A stretch of 64,000 nt of DNA from Phoronis australis (lineage: Eukaryota; Animalia; Phoronida): assembly GCA_002633005.1 (NCBI GenBank), contig NMRA01000068.1, positions 25,036 through 89,035 on the forward strand. Direction: 5' to 3'. Below, piece after piece: positions 53,754-64,000 of the stretch. The first letter of the stretch is position 1. The number at the start of each line of letters is the position of its first letter. Made by a program: the position numbers and the translations under genes. A model generated the notes under the pieces. That model made no database searches, had not been told where the DNA came from, and saw nothing but the letters and a program-made list of their open reading frames with translations.

Positions 53754-56700
53754 TGTAACTGTGCCTTTGTCCCAAAGAGGGCGTGACTGGCAACTTGGGG
53801 ATCAGGACTAACACTGCACTTGTCCAGTAGAGGTATTAACAGGCCGGGAAACATCAAAAGTGAGTTCTGCAGCTGCAAGCACAGTCACATTAAACAAATT
53901 AAAGGGACATTTGGGGTTTTACAGCTGAAATTTTTTTTAAGGAATGCTGTTGAATGGAATAGACTTCTTGAGCTTTGAAGAGAGCTAAAAAACAACAAAA
54001 TTTGTCGTATTTTTGTGATTTTATTATGTATCGCCAATTTTTGTCACAGTCTGCCAGACATTTGCTGAAACTGAGGCCGGTGATTTTGCCACTTAATATA
54101 CTTACTTATAGAATTGGGTTTAGCTCCGCCAGCAGATAACCTTCTGCGAAACTTAAACAGAAGGACAGCTTCAGGCCCTCAATAAAAACCCTCAGAGTCT
54201 AAACGCTAATACCTATCCCTTCGTACCAAACACGTGCAAGAAACAAGTACCATTGGCATTTTATGGTTGGAGTTGTGAATGAATTCTGGCAGTTACAAGA
54301 AACATCTCACCAATTCAGGACACAACATGGCTGACAAGTGGAGGTACTATGTAAACGCTAAATCAATGCTATTCAAGTCCTTCACCACGGCTACCACAAG
54401 GCAATATCTTGAAAATTTATGAGCATTCGCAACAGTGTTAGAAATCTTAGAAAAAAGGCAAATTTGAGAGTCATTTTTGTGCAAAATTGGTGAGATTTTA
54501 CACTGTTGTGTGAGGAGTTGTGGTTTTTGAATATTGACATGCTCCACTTGTAAATACAAACACATTGTCTAGTCACATTCATACTATCAAGTTTACTTAA
54601 TAATTCAACAAAATAGACACTCACTTTAACAGGAGGCACTATGACATAGTGTACTAAGTTAGTACACAACTTAAGGCTTACCATTACGTCTGCTCTCTCT
54701 GTTGATTGGTCACTTGCTGTTGACAGTTGGTACATCGCTAACGGAACAGAGAAAGCAAAGTTGGGTAGTTGCGACAAACTTCTGTGTGCCTGCAAAATTA
54801 AAAGTTGCCGTTTTAAGAGGTAAGCTCCATGCACACAAGGCTGTAAGACTTACATGATGCATCAGTACTAACAAACAGGTCCATTGAGTTGTTGCCAATT
54901 ATGTATTTTTGCATTCTACGCGTACTTAATACACATTTTGTGAAGGTTATAAAGGTCTGTAATAAGCTTTAGGACCAATACAGTGCCACGCACACAACGA
55001 TACAATACCAACCGACCACAAAAGAATGTGTCTATGGACTACATATTACCTCCCATTCTTGGAACAGCCTAACAAGGAATGCGTACTCCGAGGATCGCAG
55101 AGCATAGAAGTCAATCATAAGGAGAGCACACAAAGGGTCGTCATCTGGATCTAAACTGTAATGCATAAGACATAAAAAATATTCAATGTGAGTCATCCGT
55201 ATTCTACATCCAAAGCGTAGTGCTTGACATTGACAACAGATAGCCCTGCTGTGTGTGGTGACGCACATCTATTAGTCGAAACTGTAACCAATGTCTCATA
55301 ACACTGGCCATCCCATCAACAAATCACGGTTTCTGCTAGATTATCAAAATCTTGCACTTGGAAATATTTCTATAACTAATCAGTAGCGTATTTAAGGAGA
55401 GGCTGGGACACGCAGGGTACAATGCCCCAGTAACTTAATCTTCCAGCTTTAGTAAATACGTGACAACACATGACATGAAACATAAAATGTTATCACTAGA
55501 GTTGTGAATGTGTTTTCACTGTCTATACATGGATCCCGGATACTGGGATAGGGGTTCACTAGATGGACAAAGTACCGACAACATACAACCAAATACATAT
55601 AAAATATATGGGCGACTGAAAATTAGACTCTTGGTCATCAATATCAAGTGTCTCTGTGATCAGAACTAAGACGTCTATTTCTTTAATTGTCTTATGTAAC
55701 ATTAAACATAGTTCAAAAGGAAACAAGAGAATTTCTTATAAAACCAGGTCATATCATTCAAGAGACCTTCTTCATTGCATGTTAACTTCATGTATAGGTC
55801 ACTTATCCTGCACCCCAACTTAAAATTCTTGGATCCGCCCCTGACAGAATCGATCACACGGAATAAAAGCAAAAGAAAGCTTGTCAATTCTGAAACACTT
55901 GCAGTTTAATTCTTAGCTTTCCATAACAAATCATAGGAATTTTAGGGGCTTACATTTCACTTTCTCTCAAAATTCCGCACCATTTGAAGTTCCAGTCATT
56001 TTACTACTACAACACTCAAAAGGCTGAGGGTCTATTCGTGAGACCTTGAATTACACTGGCCCGTTGTCACGTGATCTTGCCGCACTTGTCAGAAACTGCC
56101 TTTATTGAACATGTCTCAGCCCCCTTAAGGACTATGTGAGCACTGTTTGTAACAGATGTCCAAGCTGAGAGGAGCTTTTGATTCAGTTCTTGTCTTCATG
56201 TCAAGAGAGATTCAGCTAGTTATACGCTGAGAACAAGTTGTTCACTGAAGGGATGAATGACAGAATAGAGAGGGAGGAAGTTGGATTGCTTTGCCACAAA
56301 AAACACTTGACATTTACCTCAACAGGAGTTTGCAAAATTCCAGGGCAGTTCTGTAGCACCCTCTCTGACCGATGAACGACAGGTGTTTGAACAGGGCTAA
56401 ATAAAACGACCTGTAGTAAAGCAATAGTGTAAGCATCAATTGTGAATAAGGTAACACACACGTCATTAGAATGTGCAGAAAATCTATATATTTCACACGT
56501 CCAGTTTATCAAAAAAATCTTTTAAAATCAATTGAAAACTGAATGGATGTTTTTAGTTTGTATCAACTAATACAAGTGGCATTACCATTACCTAACAGTA
56601 CTTAAGACTGATGACAATACATGTTTAATGCACACAAACACACCTATTTTCAGCATATCTGTAGTCTAGTCTGCAGTTTCCCTGAGTGAGACTGAACAGT

Positions 56701-59700
56701 GTGTGAAAATTGCTCTCGAATGTGTACAGCGCCCTCTCTGAAAGATATCAGCTTCAAGGTAAATATACAGTAATGGAGGCAGCCACGGACNAGGCTCGTG
56801 CAAAAATATCAAGTGGCCTTCTCAGTAGGAAAAATTTTCACAATCTGTCTGAAACTCATCGTCATCTGTTGTCAGGTTCATAAGAGCCCATCTGTCAAAT
56901 CTCGGAAGCCCTGACATCCAGACGCAGATGTTTCATTATGTTATCCTATAAGAAGGAAATTTGACCAAAAAATGTATTTAATTCCTCTTGTTAAAAACTC
57001 ATCGTGGAAATAATTTTCATTCAAAACAGAACAATAATCAAGCAAATCAAAGATAATTCGACACCATTACAGAATGCACAGCATGACGGAAATTCGAATG
57101 ATTTTTGTATAACTCCTCTACAGCCACAGTAATTCACAAAGACGGATTCCATGAACAGGACACAAATGCCACAACTTCCATAAAAGCGTGCCAACCCAAG
57201 ACTCATCAGTTAAGATACATGTAACAGCCTTACCTATCAACTCTGTAGCCATTTGTATGTCTTCACTCATCCTGCACACTTCACTCAATTGTATGAGCGA
57301 GTCAATGTGGTAAGGGCACGTATTCAGCACAGCCTGAAATGAGAGAGTCAATGTGGTATGGGCACTTATTCAGCACAGCCTGAAATGAAATAAAAATGCC
57401 CATGTGCATCTGCAGCTTGGTATTAAACATTTTGATAATTAGAGCTCAAATTTGTTGAAAAATCCAGCACCCAAGGTCCACACAAGACTGCAAATGTGCA
57501 ACCTTCAAGTGGTATTTTGGGGGCTGGAAGAAATGAAAAACTTCAAAGAACTTTAAGTATTTTTTAATAACAACTTCAGCACACTTTATCCATTCAAACC
57601 TAGGAACCGTGAATGTAAGTTTGTATTTTATGAAATCTCAATTTCTAATTTGTTAATAACGCCCTTTCACCAAAAGAGGTTCAATAAACTTGTACATTTG
57701 GGGGAAGTGCGTGTACTATGAACTTTGTAACTGTCTCAATAAAATCGTGCCATTGTCCAAAAAATGTACAATAACTGAACAATGTGGAAAGTATTATGCA
57801 AAGCTAATTCTCTACTGAACAGCACATAACAGTCTAATCACAACATTAGTATTAGCATGACGAAATGAGAGTCCCAAGTTAAAATGTTTCTAGACTGATG
57901 TAAGAGCTAAGAACAAACTTGCCTTCAGTGTAACCATAGACTAATAAATCCTAGATGAGTCATGCCATTATAAAAAAACATGTCCCAAGTGCTTTGTAGC
58001 GACATCTGGTATTAAATTGAGTAGGTGCTCAAAACGGCAAATTAAGTTACTCAAACGAGACGTAAGGAAATCCGTATTGACAGGATTTCTGCACATAAAT
58101 CTGGGATGTATACTTGGCAGATGGTATTTTTGGACCAAAAGCCAACTACACAAAAACTATACGTCACAGCACACATTTGGCAGCATCGAATGTATCGGTC
58201 TGGGCATATCATTTCCAAAGCCATCATGCACTCTAACGAAAAATTCATAGGATATTCGTCTCAACGTTGTACATAATAAGAACTCTTTTCTTAGTGGAAA
58301 TTTTGCCAGCAGATTTTTGCGAATGTCATTTCAGTGATTTTATTAGCTTCATTCTCAGGCATATCCAATGATCTTGATTGACTGAATTTGAAACCAGGAG
58401 ACGTTCTGATCAACATGGGACCTATGGTATAATCTGAATATCTCTAAACTATAATACGTCTCTTTCTACAATTACACTACACTAAAGTCAACTGCAAGTC
58501 ATTCATAGCCTATACTGAAGAGGTGACAGAACATTGCGATAAGACAATTTACCATAATGTTCTCCGGGTTAAATGACTCCACGGCATCCAAGAACTGGAA
58601 CTGAACCTTCTGGTACTCTTTGTTGTGCTCGAACTTGAAGTACTGACACCCTTTCTTTGATTCCTGAGCTGCCATGGACAAGCCTGCAAAACGCCAAGTG
58701 GTTTTGGAACTTCAAGTCAACTTTTGTGGATGAGCGTAGTTCCAAAACTTGGAGAACAGTATGTAAAGCTTAATGAAGTTTCATTTCAATCCAATCAACC
58801 ATTTCTGAAGTATGATGTTCCGAAGTTAGCCAAATTTGTACATTTCAAAAATTTGTTAAAATCCTACACAATCTCGATAACACTTTGTATGACAATCATG
58901 CATTCAGATTCTCAAGAACAACACAATATGAGCACACCATTTTAAGAACTTTTTGTTTTTCCCAAATCTATATGCACCCCTGTGTGACGGATGGAAGCTA
59001 GGGAAAATATTTCTGTCATTTTTATGTGGCAAAAGTTGTACATCAATTAGTAGTGACAGAGAAACTGCTGCAAAAATATTTCACTATTACAAATAAACAT
59101 TAATTTTGTCATAGACCTTTCAAAGAAAATGTTTTGATTCATGCACAAAAATAAAGTCTGTCATAAAGGGAAACAAACATTTATTACATATTTTAGACCT
59201 GACTTTTGCAGTAAACTTAAGGTTTCAATAGTTATTTTGGCATTGACAAGTCTCAAAGTATGCCATAAAACCATACCAACTTTAGTCATTGGTCTCCATC
59301 CTTCCCTGGGCTGCACCAACCACGTCTGCCTCGTGCGACGCGCCGGTCGTCTGCTTCGACTGAAAGAACACAACACCAATAGAGTGTGTAAAATTCGTAA
59401 CATTGTCAAAAACACTTTACAAGGTGAAAAACTTGGTGTAAGTTTTTGAACACGTAAGGTTGTACAATGTTCATTAGACCACATCTCATATCACTTGTTT
59501 TGTCTGCTATAACAGAAAACAAGAATATAGAGCAAGCAGCTGCCTTTAAATCCTAACTAAGTGAGAAGACAGCCTCTGATCAACATATATAAAAAACATG
59601 CGAGACATTTAAGATTTAAGCTACTACTTCGTCTTGGCCAAACAAACAATCATCCACTAACCAACATTAAAAAATTACGGTAAATCGATTTAGTTCAACA

Positions 59701-62700
59701 ACAGTGATTATTTGACGAAGCTGAATAATGGTTTTGCCACAACCAGATATTCTTTACTATCTTCCTACAGGTACATGATGTCAAATGGACGAAATATATA
59801 CAATTGAGACAACTTATGGTGCAAAGAGTGATATGTATTAAACTGTGACATCAGTAACGGAAAAAAGCTGCAAACTTGCAATGAAAGCATTGTACTGGGG
59901 ATGTTATAGAATGCAGTCTCAAGAATCAGCCTTAAAAAATATAATCCCATACCTTTGTTGTGACTGCACTACACGGGAGCCAAATATTCTCTTCATCTCA
60001 TTTTCAGCATTCAAATGCCTAGAAGAATACAAATGTCATAAACACAATGAACAGACTGTATCCCATGACCTCCTGAACGTTTATGTCATGTCCAATTGCT
60101 GCCCAAAAGAAATCACTGAGTATGATTATTAACATCCTACTACAACTATTTCTTTCAAAGACGTCAAGTCCCATCTACACAGACACACTCTACCAAACAT
60201 TTGTTAGCAAACAAGACCAAACTCAAAGTTTACTCATGTTTTGGTGAGATTGGCAACCAGCCTACCCAAGCCAACTCTGCCAAACTGGTGTAACCCGTCT
60301 AAACTGACAAACATTTGTTCACCAGTGGAAAATGAATATGCATGGACCAATCGCACCATGAAAAAACACAAAAATACACACTGCTACGTACTTGTGCTCC
60401 ACATTCAATATGGCTTTTGTATCCAGGGCACATAACAGGTCATCGTCATGGCAATCGACAGATTGGTTGCTAGGTAACTCTCCGAGCAATGCATTAACAG
60501 CCTCAATGCTGGCATCGATGTCATCCTGCATCAGATACAACAATAATGGGTGAACAGCCAGTCACCTCATTCATACATCACAGTTAGAGCGGATACAAAC
60601 CTGTGTTCTGTTCAAGCAGCAAAGTAGGCCAAACTATTTCACATTGTGAGGTTCTCTTTAGTTCGAATTGCACACAACACATGATTGTACCAAATAAATT
60701 TGAAATGGAAATATTCAGTGTCAGAGTCCATAACAACTAAACAATTACTTGTCCTGGTTGGGATGTGTCCACTATGTCTCTGGCACCTTTCCTCTTCTTT
60801 TTCTTCTTCTTTTTCTGTTTGTTTACTTTCGTCAGCACCTCCCCTTCTCCAACTTTATCTTGATCACTAGGCTGGTCACTGTCACCGCCATCACCTTGGT
60901 CATCTTCAGTTTGGTCGAGCTGCAATAAAAAAACAAACCTATTAAGAGAGTAGCATATAATCAGGTGAAACAGACTCCATTGAACTTATCTTTCTTTTTA
61001 GAACATGCCTCTCAAATGAATTATTCAACGCGTAATGCTCAACAGATTTACTTTTAGAATTCGATTGATAAAATAAAGTATTCCAAATCATATGAATAAG
61101 AGTAGTTACCTGAGAATAATAGATTTGATACAAAAACGCTGACAAAATTGCAATAATTTTCCTTTCAGTTTTTTTTTTCGTCCATGATATCTTACCAAAC
61201 AAGAGGTGACATTGGTCATAAGAAAAAGTGGCAATCAACAGACGATTTTTAACGCCACATATGGCCAATTAAAGTGCACCGTTAATAACATTAAATTCAA
61301 TTTAACTGCAGAAGTAAAGAAACAAAGAACACCAAAAAAGGACAATGTTTAATGACACATAAATTTTGTATAACAACTTCCCGGCGTGATGTAACAGTCC
61401 AATAATGCCTCTCCACTCTGCTTGCCCAGAAGCCATTGCCTCTAACAAAAACAATTTGAATGCCCAACTCTCACCATGGGACAGGGCTTAGAATGACCAA
61501 TGACAAAAAAGAGAAACATTTTCCAGCTGATGTATCGTTCTGCAAATAAATAGGTTTGTGTGATAGAAACATTTTTTGAGATGTAATATTTAAGTGTTTT
61601 TGCATGACTAAATAAAAAAATGATAAAAAGAGACAAAAAGAGGAAACTGGAAATCAAATCATTGGAAATCGAAAACAAAAAATTTCTAAATAAGTCTGCA
61701 TTTGTTGGGCTTTGATGAAAAATTTGTAGACACAAAGAACTGAACCAGGTTCTCAGTTTCAGAATCAAGCTTTCAGACAGTTTGGCTTTAGAGGAAATGC
61801 CACTTGGCAGGCACCTTGGAAAGGCTTTATCTGTTTATTAGACTGTACCAAGAAGTCATGTGATGAAACAATCATTCCCCTAACAAGGAACAAGCATGCT
61901 TTCTTGCTAGCTACAGAACTCAGCAACAATCAAGCCTCCTGGAATTTGCCCTCAGCAATGCTATCCTTTGTAATCTGGATCTACCACCACCAGGCCTGCA
62001 ACCTCTCCATCCACAACTTGGAACAAATAAATACATTTTTGGGTTTTGAGAGACTCAACTTTGTTGGGTGACAAAGTTGAAAAATCCAGACTTGAACAGG
62101 AGTTCCCAGTGAAAGAGCTGAGCATACAAAACATTCGGACAATTGTAGCTTGGTAAGTGCTTTTTAGAGGCTTTATTAAACTGTATGTCATGTCCAGAAG
62201 TCACGTGACACAACATATTTGTTTTTCAGTGTATCTTCATTAAAAAAATATTGCCAGCTCCTGGTGATAACTATCGATTGGCAACCTACCGTTGAGTCTG
62301 CCACAGAAGGTAGAGGAGTAACTAAACAGTGACCACTGTCTCTAGCTGGCCAGTAGAGACAGTGAAGCTCCTATAGGTCAAAAAGCATCTGTCGTATACG
62401 CCGAAAGCTTTTCAGCAAATTATGTCTCACAGTGATTAAAACATCTAAGTCACGTTGTTATCAATACCTTTTGTACATAGAAGGACATCTACGGATGTGT
62501 TCGGTATCTTTAATTCCTTCTACCCAAGAACAAATACTCCCGTTTTCAAACTTTTTCTTCAGACTTCGAGCAGTGACATTAGTTCAGTTCCTAAAATCGG
62601 AAACTGACCATTTTTACATAGCGCAAACCACCTGCCACACACAATGATAAAAAGGGTCAGTTGCCGATTAGAACAACTGAACGAAGAACTGCTCGAAAAA

Positions 62701-63264
62701 AAGTTTGGATATGGAAGTAGGCCTACTTGTTCGCGTTGGAAGGATCGACAGCCTCCTAAGATGTCCCTCTTAATGTGCAAAAGGTACACGTATCAATGTT
62801 ACTTTGATTTTTTAAACAGTGTGAGGCATAATACACTGAAAAATTCTGTTGTATGAAACAAGGAGCTTCACAGTCTGTAGTTCAACTAGAGTCTTGGTGG
62901 TCACTGCCTAGGCCAGGGTAGGGAGCAACTATAAGTACTAGTAGCCCAATACAACCACAGCCTGAAGTCGAAGATGACACTGCTCCAACCAGACGAAATG
63001 GACCCCGAAGTTTGAGAACCAGGCAATTATTCAGTGGACGAAACTGGTTCTAAATATGGATCTGGGCTGACACCTCGAAGTCGCAGTCGAACTCGAAGTT
63101 GAAATGAAGCACGTGCATACCAAAACAAATGGATTGATGTTGTTTTTCTTCTTTTTCCTAACACTTGGTAGACTGGACTTTTCTTCGTCACTGAGATCGT
63201 TCTCAAGACCGGTGATAACTATTTCTTGCTCTCCTTGCAACTTTCTGAGAGCTCTTGAAGACAT
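53754..63264 (-). CDS. TCF25: Transcription factor 25 / ribosome quality control complex subunit (NULP1, Rqc1 homologue), first 12 coding exons, 3' part not found
   Basis: Exons 63264-63121, 60919-60749, 60525-60392, 60018-59953, 59359-59277, 58683-58553, 57333-57234, 56737-56644, 56410-56318, 55155-55050, 54789-54682, 53872-53754, phases consistent (1349 nt). Diagnostic motifs: MSSRALRKL, NPFx[47 protein letters not shown]...[72 protein letters not shown]. Confidence 0.95.
57297..57388 (-). repeat. 46-bp tandem duplication spanning the TCF25 exon 7 splice acceptor
   Basis: GAGTCAATGTGGTAxGGGCACxTATTCAGCACAGCCTGAAATGA occurs twice; candidate exon starts at 57379 and 57333. Confidence 0.9.
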
Positions 63265-63769
63265 TTTAAGTCACCTAAGTTTGAAACGTCAGCTGTGAAA
63301 CTAAAAGTGCAGACAGCGACCTCACTCGGTGTCTTGTTGTCCAAGAATATTCAATATTTTGCAAAAATCTCTTCCAGCTAACCATGGAAAATAACCACTT
63401 TTAATGTATATTTCATTGAAATTTATATCAAAAATATAAATCATTCAGAAATATGTCTCTTTTTAACTAAAAGTCTCTTTTGACTAAAATTCAGTTTTCA
63501 TCACATGTTGACCCATATTTCCATCACTCAGGAAGTGGCAGCCATGTGGAGTTGTTGGTGTTCTCGTGAAAGTCTCCTCCTATATATGGAAAGGAGAGAA
63601 TTTCACTTCTCTGTGTCCGGTTATGGCTTATTTAAGGCCAAAAGTCCGCGAAACATTCATCGTAAAATAGAAAGTATGATGTAAAAGAAAGTCCTTGACA
63701 GAATGTAAGTGCGATTCCCTCTCAGGCAGCCCTAATTCTAAATTAGGTCAAACCAATCTGTTGTGACAA

Positions 63770-64000
63770 GTGACTTCCGGGTGTTGTGTACAGTCTGTAT
63801 ACTGGGGAGCCCAATGTTCGTCCGCCTAAGCATAAAACCGACTTGCTGTTGTACTCACCGAATTATTCCACTTCAAAGTTATGATCTGAATAGGATTCGA
63901 TTTAACTCTCACAGATATACCGCATTCATCGATTCGGAAGTTTTCTTTAATTTGTGCCGAGTTATTTCAAATGTGCACTGCCTTCGGCAGCCATTTTATT
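63770..64000 (-). promoter_or_regulatory. Probable TCF25 non-coding first exon / promoter-proximal region
   Basis: Minus-strand donor CG|GTGAGT with exon end at 63859; acceptor-like CTTTTAGTTTCACAG ~30 nt upstream of the ATG; ETS-type CCGGAAGT (63773-63780) and YY1-like AAAATGGC near 63990, both common in housekeeping promoters. Confidence 0.45.

Overview
AT-rich, intron- and repeat-rich animal DNA (looks invertebrate), not prokaryotic; most ORF-track entries are noise or exon fragments. Three spliced genes can be built by hand with consistent GT-AG sites and phases. Two are tandem + strand paralogues (gene A 3209-22445; gene B ~38541-52337) encoding ~340-aa proteins with a signal peptide, five cysteine-rich EB/EGF-like module exons (34 conserved Cys) and a GPI-anchor-like tail. 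The third is TCF25 (NULP1/Rqc1) on the - strand, with 12 coding exons from 63264 to 53754. Its conserved C-terminal part was not found in the window, so the two Cys-rich genes may be nested antisense in a >53 kb TCF25 intron, or this TCF25 copy is truncated. Introns and intergenic DNA hold many nested transposons: Sola3-like, Harbinger MITEs, Tc1/mariner CCGTA elements, Kolobok-like TTAA elements, Helentron/HINE arrays, a Tx1/L1 LINE, an ISL2EU-like THAP element and tRNA-derived SINE heads. Also present are an old ~3 kb local duplication, a minimal hammerhead-ribozyme-like motif and one assembly gap (10577-11261). All family assignments come from motif recognition by eye; no searches were run.
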